Of a stretch of 64,000 nucleotides of DNA, positions 1 through 14,844 are shown piece by piece. The position numbers and the translations under genes are program-made. The stretch spans positions 2,294,001 to 2,358,000 of the forward strand of contig CATNEN010000031.1 of NCBI GenBank assembly GCA_950097015.1. The letters run 5' to 3'. Each line of letters begins with the position of its first letter. Within the stretch, counting starts at the first letter, position 1. A model generated the notes under the pieces. The model was given only the letters and a program-made list of their open reading frames with translations. It did no database searches and was not told the DNA's origin. Source of the stretch: Macrostomum hystrix (lineage: Eukaryota > Animalia > Platyhelminthes).

Positions 1-9
1 TGTTAAATA

Positions 10-85
10 GGTTACAGCATTAGCTGGGTAACTTTGGGTGGGTGCGGCGCCTCTTTTTCTACGGACTAAACAGCCGTACGAAGCC
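10..85 (+). mobile_element. 3' fragment of tRNA-derived SINE family (in PABPC intron)
   Basis: agctgggtaactttgggtgggtgcggcg...ctacggactaaacagccgtacgaagcc aligns by eye with the 3' half of the full SINE at 9386-9707 (agctgggataattgaaggtaggtgtggcg...ccatggactgaacagctgtacgcagcc); boundaries approximate. Confidence 0.55.
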
Positions 86-192
86 TTTAGATGCACAGAC
101 ATAAAGAAAAATGGAAATACAAAAAAACTAAGCACTTCTCCCGCCTCACAGTGGCTTATAAAAATAGTGAAACACTTATGATATTTTGCTGA

Positions 193-365
193 AACTGTGA
201 GCGGAGACAGGTTCGCCAATCGCAGTGTAATCATATAAGTTGCAAATGACGAGTTTTAATCCGTTGAAACCCGGTTGTATCGGACAGTTTAAATGAACTT
301 GCTGTTCTCTTCATGTAGCGATTGGCTATTTAAGTAAAGCACTGAGCACATGACAGAACTGTCCA
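193..365 (-). ncRNA. Candidate intronic box H/ACA snoRNA, copy 1
   Basis: Minus strand (sense with host PABPC): 5' hairpin closed by GGACAGTT/AACTGTCC, H box ATACAA (280-275), 3' hairpin, ACA (198-196) three nt from end; conserved blocks shared with copy at 461-633. Confidence 0.6.
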
Positions 366-460
366 ATTATGGCGCATGTTTGATGTATATTTGTTAAGCA
401 TTAAATTAATTTAAAGCTTTAGTATATTATAAAATAATTTAATAAGCACCAGAAGCTGGG

Positions 461-633
461 CATTGTGAGCGGAGTCAGGTTCGCCAATCGCAAACATGAT
501 AAAAAACACGAATGACGAGTTTTATTCCGTTCTTTCCCAGTTGTTTCGGACAGCTCTTATAAAGCAATAATGAGCCTGTGCATTTACATTTTAGCTATAT
601 CGGTAGCCAAGTGTAAATGACACGAACTGTCCA
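461..633 (-). ncRNA. Candidate intronic box H/ACA snoRNA, copy 2
   Basis: 5' hairpin GGACAGTT/AGCTGTCC with inner CATTTACA/TGTAAATG stem, H box AAACAA (546-541), 3' hairpin, ACA (466-464); same 173-nt length and box spacing as copy 1. Confidence 0.6.
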
Positions 634-892
634 CTAAGAAACTGAAGCACACAATTTACTAAATTAATTTTGACGTAAACGTAGAGTTTTTTATTTTAGA
701 AAGTTCTAAAACGGGCCTTTATAAATTCCATTTAAAAACTTTAACAACCCAGCACTTTTGAAAGGTGCGAAAAGTACCACTAATAATACTATCCAGGGAA
801 GGGCATAAATAAGCACTCTGCATTCGAAACTAGGATACCAAGAGTTAAAAAAGAATAAAAACAGACTAATTCGTGATAAACGTATGCCTCAC

Positions 893-4253
<3,361 letters not shown>

Positions 4254-4277
4254 TTAGCAGATAAAACCACTGGTTAA

Positions 4278-4310
4278 ACTTTTACTATTTTTTTATTTTT
4301 TATTTATTAA
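4278..4310 (-). promoter_or_regulatory. A-rich tract in PABPC 5' UTR (candidate autoregulatory element)
   Basis: Minus strand TTAATAAATAAAAAATAAAAAAATAGTAAAAG about 50 nt upstream of ATG and downstream of a TTTTTCTTCTTACAG acceptor (AG at 4376-4375). Confidence 0.45.
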
Positions 4311-6420
4311 CTGCCCTAATCACGTCCAAAAGAGCTTCAGATTTGACAAGAAAAGGTCGATGAAAAGAGCAGACCTGTAAGAAGAAAAAGCAACGAATAA
4401 TAACATACGAAATGGTCAAAATAATAAATTTTGTCGAATTATAACAAGCATTTTTTACTTAAGGCTTATTTCTTTTAAACTCGCAAATTAGTCTTCAAAA
4501 ATGTGTCAATTATATAGTTTTTGTTTTTAAAAAAAACTATATTTACAGCCTCTATTTTTTAGAAGACCCAAAAATTTAAACTACTTATTCGTTGACTTTT
4601 CATCAAGTGTCTTGTTCATGCATGGACCAAGGACCACTAAAAGAAGGGACTTCGTCTAATGGTCCTTGCTCAATTGATCACGTTCACGTTCTTGGCATGG
4701 AAGTGAATGATTTGTCACAAGAGGATAGATGAGATTTGTAAGAAATCAATATGAAATGTAAGCCTATGCACTATTCTAATTTGCCTACTGAAAGTAGGCT
4801 AGTTAGATAATTCTCTATTCAAATTTTACCAAAGAAATTTTACTAAATCTATTGGATTTTTTCTGATCCAGATTATCTAGATGACTAGTTATATTTATCC
4901 AAGCACAACGAAGGAGGTTTTTTCAAAGTAAATGCTGTTTGATTTAAAGAAACTGCCGAAATCCGATTGAGCAGCATTTAAGAATCCTAGAAATGGAATT
5001 AAGTGTAGCATCATAGCATGTAAAGAATTCGCAACTCAAAATGAGCAAACAAGCTGTTTTATTTCAGCATTTATTAATTGTATGTTAGAATTTAAAAAAG
5101 TGGAATAAACAGCTATGTATCGTAAAAGAGCAGATTATACGATACAATCCAAGCTAGAAAACTTCAGCATAACGTCTTTCCCTTTCTTGCAAACACACTA
5201 GAGTTCCATACAAAAAGCACATTGCATTTATTTGTGGTGGCACGTTCCACACATTACGGCAATTAAGTCGGATCTTTTTCGGCCATAGCCATTACATGGT
5301 CGCATGCTTATATCTTACGCTGAACGCTTGTATAGCTAATCAATATATTTTTTTAGCTAGCTTTGCGCGTCGGTTATAGTAGGAGTTACGAAACGAAGCA
5401 TATTTTCACACCCGCGTTTTTATAAATATGAAAAACATATTTTAGGGCCAAATATATATTTATTGTAAGGGTTTGTTATGACACCCCTAGCGGGAAAGTT
5501 CTAGCATTTAGACGAGTAAACTTGTGTTTAGCGCATTCCCATGGCCCAGATATACGTACGTTAGCTCGTTGCAGAAAGCTGAGAACTTTGTTATAAGCAC
5601 GGAGCAGACGTACGTCTCCGTTCTGAAGGGAGACGTCTCAGAATTAAGAGGGAACGCTTAGCAAGCATTTATTTTATGCATGTATAGCATGTGACAGCCT
5701 GTGCAGTTTGGTAGCAGCCGGAAAGTGCGTCACAATGGCTCTGCGCTATGCTTTCTTCTCAAACCCAGTCCGGTGCAGGATCATAAAGTGTATCCTCAAA
5801 GCTAAGCTATGCTTGCCAAAGAAGTATTCTCTGCTAGGACATGGGGTATTCCATTGAGCCGTCAGGACAAGGTGCTCGCAAAAAATGCTGCAGACAGAGC
5901 TCGGGCTTTATCCATTTCTCTTTTCTATTGCCTTAGCTTTAAGCCGACCTGCACACACTGCACGATCTGGGCACTTGGAGGAGGTCGGCTGTGGCGGCAA
6001 TTTAATTGTTATAGCTGGCACGGCAGTCTCATATATAGTGCTGCACGAGACCTGGAGCAGGAATCGTGAGACCGGACGCGGAAAGGCTCTGCATGGAGGA
6101 AGGAGGGAGAAGCCGGGATTCAAAATCCAAAGCTGCGGGTTGGCTGCGCGCCGTGGCTTGGGTCCGATTCCCAATCCGATGCGCTCTCGCGAAATTCAAC
6201 CCCGATTTCCAACTTCAACAACTTCAAATGTGTGTCCCAGCTCTCCAGAAGCAAATAATCCACTTCTCCGTCTGTTGTCGGCCATTGCTTCCCCGTGCTA
6301 TCTCGCATTGGCTACAACTGCGGATGCCAGTGCCTTCATAGGGAAGTTGGAGAGAGAGAAACAAAACCCTTCTGCATGGGCCGCTTGTTGTTCAACAAGA
6401 TCAGGCAAAATCTTTGTTTA

Positions 6421-7135
6421 ACTATTCAAGGCCAGATACTGGTGCAAACCTGGAACTGAAGTTACTTTCTTGTCAACTATTCAAGGCCAGATACTGGTGC
6501 AAACCTGGAACTGAAGTTACTTTCTTGTCAACTATTCAAGGCCAGATACTGGTGCAAACCTGGAACTGAAGTTACTTTCTTGTCAACTATTCAAGGCCAG
6601 ATACTGGTGCAAACCTGGAACTGAAGTTACTTTCTTGTCAACTATTCAAGGCCAGATACTGATGCAAACCTGGAACTGAAGTTACTTTTTTGTCAACTAT
6701 TCAAGGCCAGATACTGGTGCAAACCTGGAACTGAAGTTACTTTCTTGTCAACTATTCAAGGCCAGATACTGATGCAAACCTGGAACTGAAGTTACTTTCT
6801 TGTCAACTATTCAAGGCCAGATACTGATGCAAACCTGGAACTGAAGTTACTTTTTTGTCAACTATTCAAGGCCAGATACTGGTGCAAACCTGGAACTGAA
6901 GTTACTTTCTTGTCAACTATTCAAGGCCAGATACTGATGCAAACCTGGAACTGAAGTTACTTTCTTGTCAACTATTCAAGGCCAGATACTGATGCAAACC
7001 TGGAACTGAAGTTACTTTTTTGTCAACTATTCAAGGCCAGATACTGGTGCAAACCTGGAACTGAAGTTACTTTCTTGTCAACTATTCAAGGCCAGATACT
7101 GATGCAAACCTGGAACTGAAGTTACTTTCTTGTCA
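6421..7135. repeat. 55-bp tandem repeat, 13 near-identical copies
   Basis: Unit actattcaaggccagatactggtgcaaacctggaactgaagttactttcttgtca at exact 55-bp spacing; ends at CTAAT..TTTTAG acceptor of the channel gene. Confidence 0.97.
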
Positions 7136-7171
7136 ACTAATTTTAGGCTTCAACTCCAAGCCATAAAAATC

Positions 7172-8671
7172 ATGCCGGAGCTGTGGAAACAGCGTAGGCA
7201 GTCGCCAACTCACCTGCCAATGCTCTTAGCAATGCTCTTCCTGTGCATAAACAGCAGCACCGCATCTGAGAAGGTGATTGAGAGAGAAACTCCGCTGGTG
7301 AAGCGTCCGAACACCAGCCTGACAGAGTTCACTCACACACTGGTTGACCAGAAGTTCTATGACCAGCACTTCCGCCCAGTGCCATCTGGAGGTGGTCCTA
7401 CTATTGTGTATGTCTGCTTCCACATCGACAGCTTTGGCCCGATTGACGTCCTTCGCATGGAATTCTCCATAGAGGTGGTGCTTCATCTACGCTGGCTAGA
7501 CCAGCGGCTTCAGTACACCGGACACACAGACCGCGTGGTGCTCAGTCAGCTGCTCAACGAAGTCTGGCGCCCTGACGTCTTCTTTCAAAATGCCAAAAGC
7601 ATTGAGCGCAACGATTTACCCTCTGGCAACTTTCTGCTCTGGCTGTGGCCCAACGGCTCCCTGCTCTACAGCCAGAAACTGAATCTTCGCCTTCATTGTC
7701 ACATGGACCTCGAGGACTTCCCATTTGATGTACAGTCCTGCTCCATGCAGATCAGTAGCTTCGGGATGAGTACGGATGATTTAGAGCTGCGTTGGTCGGA
7801 CAACGATACCACTACAGGGGTGTCTGCCAATGGCATCTCGTTCACGAGCCCCATGGCCACGTTCCTGAACGAGTTCCACCCTCCCAAGGGCAGCTACATG
7901 GCTGGAACTAACTACTCGCAGCTTACTGGTCGCAACTTTAGCAATTTGTGCGCTAATTTCACCCTTAGACGAAAGCACTCGTACTATTTAATCAACAACT
8001 ACCTGCCGTCCATCCTCATTGTGCTCATCACTTGGTCCTCATTTGCCATCGACTACAACGCTGCCCCAGCTCGTGTCTCCCTGTCAACACTAAGCCTTCT
8101 GGCACTGCTCACCGAGACAGTGGCCCTCGAGCGAAAGCTGCCTCCAGTCTCCTACATCACGGCCCTCGGAATCTGGCATATCTGCTGCATCGCCTTCATT
8201 CACCTGTCCCTGTTGGAGTACATGGCCATCAACCTGCTCAATCGGCGGCAAAAGAAACGCTTGGAGAGGCTGAACAGCCAGCGCATAACTGCTGCCCTGC
8301 AGCTGCAAGATTGCGGAAGCAAGCCTTCGGACCGAAGCGAGGGTCTAGAAGCGCTGATGCCGTTGTCGGATGCGGACGGTCGATCGAATCGGAAAGATCA
8401 GGCGGACTCGTCCAGGCTGGGTCGCCTCTGCCGTTCCCGGCACAGAGGCTCGTCAGGCGGCGGCGCTGCTGGCGGCGACAGCCGCGGAGGCGGAGTGTTC
8501 TGGCGCGAGCAGCAGCAGCAGCAGCAGCATCAGCGGTCAGGTTGGCGTCTGACACCTGCCCGCCTGGATCTCATTTTTCTCTTCTCCTATCCAATGGGCT
8601 TTGCTCTATTCAACGTAGTCTATTGGTGCTTCATCATCCCTAGGAATGCGCTGCAATGGGACTACAACTGA
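7172..8671 (+). CDS. Intronless Cys-loop ligand-gated anion channel subunit (GlyR/GluCl-like)
   Basis: ATG 7172 after TTTTAG (7141-7146); signal peptide LLAMLFLCINSSTAS; WRPDVFFQNA; Cys-loop CHMDLEDFPFDVQSC; M1 YYLINNYLPSILIVLITWSSF; PAR motif before M2; M3 LLEY; M4 DLIFLFSYPMGFALFNVVYW. Confidence 0.93.
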   Translation: MPELWKQRRQSPTHLPMLLAMLFLCINSSTASEKVIERETPLVKRPNTSLTEFTHTLVDQKFYDQHFRPVPSGGGPTIVYVCFHIDSFGPIDVLRMEFSIEVVLHLRWLDQRLQYTGHTDRVVLSQLLNEVWRPDVFFQNAKSIERNDLPSGNFLLWLWPNGSLLYSQKLNLRLHCHMDLEDFPFDVQSCSMQISSFGMSTDDLELRWSDNDTTTGVSANGISFTSPMATFLNEFHPPKGSYMAGTNYSQLTGRNFSNLCANFTLRRKHSYYLINNYLPSILIVLITWSSFAIDYNAAPARVSLSTLSLLALLTETVALERKLPPVSYITALGIWHICCIAFIHLSLLEYMAINLLNRRQKKRLERLNSQRITAALQLQDCGSKPSDRSEGLEALMPLSDADGRSNRKDQADSSRLGRLCRSRHRGSSGGGAAGGDSRGGGVFWREQQQQQQHQRSGWRLTPARLDLIFLFSYPMGFALFNVVYWCFIIPRNALQWDYN

Positions 8672-9385
8672 GGGTTCAATTGATCTTATGCCTTCTCATT
8701 ATCCATACTCTACTTATAACTATTAAGCATATAAAATAATGACTGTGGCTTTATATTGTATTATGCGTACACACATTTATTGTATTCGCTTTGAACGAAA
8801 GCGTAAAATTAGCTCTAGCTTGTCAGGAAGTTTTTCGAGCGAAGATAAATAAAAATCTGTCTGGCCGTCGTTTGATGGTTGCTAGCCGCAAAAAATCTCT
8901 TTTTTGTTGTTTTTTTTGCGACAGACTCCTTTCTCAACATTGAGCTCATTGTTGCTGGTTGGCGCGCATTTTTCCGAACTATTAAAAATTTCAGCCAGTC
9001 GCCATCAAAATCCGGGACTAGGGCTAAAATTTTCTACTCTATCCGATGAAAAAGCTTCCACAATAGACATCGTCGAGATATTCAGCGATCCTCGTCCTTT
9101 GTATGGTGGCAAAAACCACCAATATAGGCATAACATTCTGCTTATAAAATTTCATCCCGTAACCACGTCGGCTGTTGTTGATTATATTGCATTGTGTGAA
9201 AATATGGAAAATATGATCCATATAGTGCATGTTCTTTCATGACAATCGGTAATTCGGTTTGTGAATTATCGAGTCAAATTTCAAGTCTCGCTTCGAGATT
9301 GGACTCCTTGATGATGGATCGATTGAGTGACTGAGATAGAATACATATGAGCGTATAGAGGTAGAACTCTAGTACAATAGCAATA

Positions 9386-9707
9386 ATAATAATAATAATA
9401 ATAATAATAATTGATTACACCTGCCCCAATTGGGTCAGATGTGCAGCCGACAGCACAGCCGCAGCTAATGCGCGGCGCATCTGAAGGCTGCGTACAGCTG
9501 TTCAGTCCATGGACTGGGGGGACGCCACACCTACCTTCAATTATCCCAGCTGATGCCGGTACCCATTTAACAGCTGGGTGAACTGAAGCAATGCAGAGTT
9601 AAGTGTCTTGCTAAAGGACGCAAATTGTTTCAGTGGAGTCGGGAATCGAACCCCCGACCTTTAAGTCGTGAGTCCGACGCTCTAACCACTAGGCTACAAC
9701 CTCCTCA
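9386..9707 (-). mobile_element. Full-length tRNA-derived SINE with conserved central domain and (TTA)n tail
   Basis: Head with A box TAGCCTAGTGGTTAGAGCG and B box GGTTCGATTCCC; core GCAAGACACTTAACTC..CACCCAGCTGT..AAATGGGTACC resembling CORE/Nin-type SINE domains; (TTA)10 tail; flanking direct repeat AATAGCAATA at 9376-9385 and 9708-9717. Confidence 0.85.
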
Positions 9708-11324
9708 AATAGCAATAGCAATAGGATTATATGAAGCAGATGAGGATCCTTAGGATTGCTATTGGCTGTCTCTCGTGACCTCATTTCTCTTCCTCCCGCA
9801 GCAAACACGGACAGTATAGGCAGACTAGAGTGAAAAAAGCACCGGTATCTGGGCAAAGCAGCCAGGTGATAGTGGGGCGTACCGATTTGGCAGTATCGCG
9901 GTAGGACAAACATTCCGCGCATGGTGAGGAAACATTGTGGCCATTCTCTAATCACTAAATGAAGTTTCACTGCTGGACCAGATGCGCGCATCACCTTGGT
10001 GGCCATTGTTTAGCCAGACGATTGGTTGAGTTTTAACTCTTTAGGTATATATACCTAAGGTATTTGCGGACTTTTGAATCGTATATTTGTCAATCTTCGC
10101 CACTAAATCATTCCATTCGAGTGGGCGAATGATCACATTTACCATGCGGATCCTGATCAGGCAAAATAGCAAGGTTATGATAGGCTCTTCGCGTATTGTT
10201 CGCCTTATGGAGGCCTAGATACGAGTCGAATTTTTCCAGACTCTAAATCACAGAGTAGAATCTCAAAGATTCCCATAGACTCGGAGCAGTTTCTCAAGGG
10301 TTCCTATTGACTCTGAGTTGTGTCTTACAGATTTCGATGTGCTCTGAGCAGCCCATTATAGATTTACAGAGTCGAGCTTCATAAAAGACGCATGTTACAG
10401 AGGAGTTGACACCGTGGTCGACAGATACTACAGCATGAGCTAATAGACTAATAGACCAAAATAGACATGCTGTTTACGAGTAATCATTTCCATCAATAAC
10501 GAAGTACATGAAAATGGCATCGCTGTTGATATGAAAGCTTTGACAAACTAATGACAGGCCTTTGGAATGTAAGGCCGGGTCAGCGCACAGATTAGGAAAA
10601 AATCAATCAAACAGACTGACAGAGGGCAATTTAGCAGTGATTTACTGTGATTACTTAAGCGTAGTAGTTCATGTAATTGCCGGAACAATACCAGCCTACT
10701 CTGGCCTTCCAAACTATAAAATTATATCCACACTTTACTGCCATCCACAATGCCTACTAACAAATTATAGTACAAACTTTTCGACAGCGAAACCGCGTTG
10801 CACAGGCTTGACGCAAGGACTGGAGAAACTATGTTTCTTAGAAAAACGTTTTGGAGGCTGGTTTTCGCCGAAAACATACTCTATACGGAGATAGGAATTT
10901 TTCACTACTCCTAGTGGTCCTTAGTTAGACGATGGGAGATGAGGGATAAGGAGCTGGTATAGATAGTTCCTATCCAGCTGTTAAGAGTTTGGTACTTTAG
11001 TAATTCTCGCAGACCAGGCCAGCGGACATTGCGGATAGATGCTCCTCTCGAGCGCAAAGCATCTAGTAAGACAGGCCCCATCAATCAGGCGCTGCGGAAC
11101 GCTTTGAGTACCCACTCAGAATCGTGAACAATGTCCAGTCCTTTCATTGTAGCGCAGAGAATTTTATTTCCGCCTCTTAACACTAGCAGTTTGTGTGACA
11201 GCTGAAAACTGCCAAAAATGGCTCTGACTGTCGCTGAGTGACGGGTCAGTTTCAATGGAACATGACGTGTGAAAAAATTGAGTTATAATTTCTGATTCTA
11301 ACTTGTACGATTCTCTATCCTCCA

Positions 11325-12040
11325 TTCTCAGTCTCTCATGTGTCTATCTATCCCAGTCTCTCATCTATCTATCCCAGTCTCTCATGTGTCTATCTATCCC
11401 AGTCTCTCATCTATCTATCCCAGTCTCTCATGTGTCTATCTACCCCAGTCTCTCATGTGTCTATCTATCCCAGTCCCTCATCTATCTATCCCAGTCTCTC
11501 ATCTATCAATCCCAGTCTCTCATGTGTCTATCTATCCCAGTCTCTCATGTGTCTATCTATCCCAGTCTCTCATGTGTCTATCTATCCCAGTCTCTCATCT
11601 ATCTATCCCAGTCTCTCATGTGTCTATCTATCCCAGTCTCTCATCTGTCTGTCTATCCCAGTCTCTCATCTGTCTATCTTTTCCAGTCCCTCATCTGTCT
11701 ATCCCAGTCTCTCACCTGTCTATCCCAGTCTCTCATCTGTCTATCTGTCCCAGTCTCTCATCTATCTATCTGTCCCAGTCTCTCATCTGTCTATCCCAGT
11801 CTCTCATCTGTCTATCCCAGTCTCTCATCTGTCTATCTGTCCCAGTCTCTCATCTATCTATCCCAGTCTCTCATGTGTCTATCTATCCCAGTCCCTCATC
11901 TATCTACCCCAGTCCCTCATCTATCAATCCCAGTCTCTCATGTGTCTATCTATCCCAGTCCCTCATCTGTCTATCCCAGTCTCTCATCTGTCTATCTGTC
12001 CTAGTCTATCATCTATCTCAGTCTCTCATCTCTCTATCTA
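11325..12040. repeat. 21-25-bp CT-rich minisatellite
   Basis: Unit ctatctatcccagtctctca(tgtgt); overlapping ORF calls are repeat artefacts; boundaries approximate. Confidence 0.92.
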
Positions 12041-13416
12041 TCTCGGTCTTTTCTCTACTCTCTCCAAGTTGCCCTATAATCCAGTACCCGATTGAGGGTA
12101 AGGGCTACTGGAGTGGCTTGGTCCAGTTTTCAGTTTGGAGTGGATTAGAGTAGATAATGTTAGAGTCGAGAGAATTTGGGTTAGTGAGACTACAGAGGGG
12201 GGAATTGTAGTGAGGTTTATTTCCTCTTTTTTATGGTACAAAAGTTTTAAATCAATTGTATTACCGAGAACATGCTTTAGGGCTTTTCTGCGATTGCTGC
12301 CTGTTTCTGTTTGAACATGTTTTTATGTCACTGAAGTCAGAAATTAATCTGTAAATATACACTGTGCCGGGCATTGGGCACAGGCAGGAACCAGATTTAC
12401 CTAATTCATGATATTCCCGGCCATGCATTCATAAATTAGTTGCAACATCCCGCGCCTCCAGTTGGGGATGTAAATATTTATCCCCTAGTTCACTAGAGAG
12501 TTTAGTTGCTGATTAACCAGCCGAATTATGTCAGACACCACGCTCTGTGACCGAGCCTTAATCCTAGGGGATAAATAGGGGATAATCCTAGGGGATAAAT
12601 GCCAAAGACTTGGAATCATAGTTACAAAAGAAAGTTGGATGCATGAATTACATTCTGGAATGCAATATCAATTATTTTGGGAGTTTAGGGAGACCTAGTG
12701 GTCTGGAGTTCGAATCCCAGATCAGGGGAAAACCATTTCACGTCTTTGCCCGCCATAATTTTCCCGCCAGCTTTTCTGTCGCCATTCGCCCCGATTTTTG
12801 CTGGAGAGTGATCTGCAGAGTAGACCGGGTGTCTACCCTTTTGATTTTTTATCTACCCGTTAAACTGGGTGCCAGCATTAAGTGGGGTGTTTTAGTGTCA
12901 CTTCTATTTATGCACCAGATCACGCAGGGAATTCCATGCCAAACGGGCTGCACTTTTGGCTTGAAACTCTCAGTCCTATATGTGAGCGGAGTCAAGCGAG
13001 TGTTGACAATCATTTATGCTGCGAATGTGAGATCCGGTTCAGCGAGTTGATGACGACAATATCCTATATAGAGTTGTTAGGGGCCGCCTGCAAACTTTCA
13101 GCCATGGGTGGCGGCGGAAATACGAAAAATTCAAAGGCTTTAAAAAACGGGTCACTGGCCTCGCTGAAACAGCTTCGGGTCGCTGATCTGCATTTCCAGT
13201 GACTGCCGTTTGCTTTATTCATGCTGTCCTCACCCTAGCTAGAATAAGCGGTGGCCGCTCCACGACAGGAGCCGCACTGCTCCTAGGGGAAAGGGCGAGT
13301 TCCGAATGTTTTAGCTTTTTTAGTGGGAAATTTAGGGCAGAGTGGATGCACCCAGATATTGCGGAAAAAGCTCTGAAGCTTATGATTTATGAATATCTGT
13401 GATGACCCCGGCGAAT

Positions 13417-14472
13417 ACAGTCAGCACAAAAGTGGTGCAACTGTCCGATGACCCACAGAATACAGTCAGCACAAAAGTGGTGCAACTGTCCGATGACCCA
13501 CAGAATACAGTCAGCACAAAATTGGTGCAACTGTCCGATGACCCACAGAATACAGTCAGCACAAAATGGGTGCAACTGTCCGATGACCCACAGAATACAG
13601 TCAGCACAAAATGGGTGCAACTGTCCGATGACCCACAGAATACAGTCAGCACAAAATTGGTGCAACTGTCCGATGACCCACAGAATACAGTCAGCACAAA
13701 ATGGGTGCAACTGTCCGATGACCCACAGAATACAGTCAGCACAAAATGGGTGCAACTCTCCGATGATCCACAGAATACAGTCAGCACAAAATGGGTGCAA
13801 CTGTCCGATGACCCACAGAATACAGTCAGCACAAAATGGGTGCAACTCTCCGATGATCCACAGAATACAGTCAGCACAAAATTGGTGCAACTGTCAGATG
13901 ACCCACAGAATACAGTCAGCACAAAATTGGTGCAACTGTCCGATGACCCACAGAATACAGTCAGCACAAAATGGGTGCAACTCTCCGATGATCCACAGAA
14001 TACAGTCAGCACAAAATGGGTGCAACTGTCCGATGACCCACAGAATACAGTCAGCACAAAAGTGGTGCAACTGTCCGATGACCCACAGAATACAGTCAGC
14101 ACAAAATGGGTGCAACTCTCCGATGACCCACAGAATACAGTCAGCACAAAATGGGTGCAACTCTCCGATGACCCACAGAATACAGTCAGCACAAAATGGG
14201 TGCAACTGTCCGATGACCCACAGAAAACAGTCAGCACAAAATGGGTGCAACTCTCCGATGACCCACAGAAAACAGTCAGCACAAAATGGGTGCAACTGTC
14301 CGATGACCCACAGAATACAGTCAGCACAAAAGTGGTGCAACTGTCCGATGACCCACAGAATACAGTCAGCACAAAAGTGGTGCAACTGTCCGATGACCCA
14401 CAGAATACAGTCAGCACGAAAGTGGTGCAACTGTCCGATGACCCACAGAATACAGTCAGCACAAAAGTGGTG
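13417..14472. repeat. 45-bp tandem repeat, about 23 copies
   Basis: Unit aatacagtcagcacaaaa(g/t)tggtgcaactgtccgatgacccacag; open in several frames because 45 is divisible by 3. Confidence 0.96.
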
Positions 14473-14844
14473 CACAGAAAGTGCTGATAGGAATCTCAAT
14501 CGGGTGTGCATCCGCACGGCCTGAATGTCGTTCAGCATGTCGAACAAATAGTTGGCGACCAGCTTGAAAATGTCGCGCAATAGGAAGTTAGCAGGCGGAA
14601 TGGAGGACGCAAATGCCGGACCTCACGAAGTCACGTTTTGTCAACTGGGCGGGCTTAGCAAAGCCCTTGCGGCATGTGGTCTAAAGTTGAGACACCAAGA
14701 GGTGTTCAATGACATTTCCGGCGTCATTCATCAACAGCTGCGAATATCAAAATTAGAAGTGCATAGGCACTGAGGGCGGAGCTAGCGGCGCACTTTAATG
14801 ACAACGAACATGCTAAGTCTAGCGATGATGGTGTGCCACATTAC

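Noticed and set aside
4628-4668. Strong hairpin CAAGGACCA...TGGTCCTTG upstream of PABPC
   Set aside because: Only about 41 nt, too short for a pre-miRNA, with no convincing H/ACA or C/D partner boxes
5809-6421. Overlapping ORFs upstream of the channel gene
   Set aside because: No recognisable domain or consistent splice model; likely promoter or UTR sequence
9630-9702. tRNA gene-like sequence (also 22039-22106)
   Set aside because: Continues into a SINE core and tail, and acceptor/anticodon stems do not pair cleanly; treated as SINE heads
9770-9950. Minus-strand Cys-rich peptide (PCAEC..TWLLC..CLYCPC) faintly LITAF-like
   Set aside because: No start or acceptor, second CxxC missing; similarity too weak to support
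12685-12725. B-box-like GAGTTCGAATCCC
   Set aside because: No A box or cloverleaf; at most a degraded Pol III-type remnant
12981-12994. 14-bp match (tgtgagcggagtca) to the 3' end of snoRNA candidate 2
   Set aside because: No other conserved blocks nearby; could be chance
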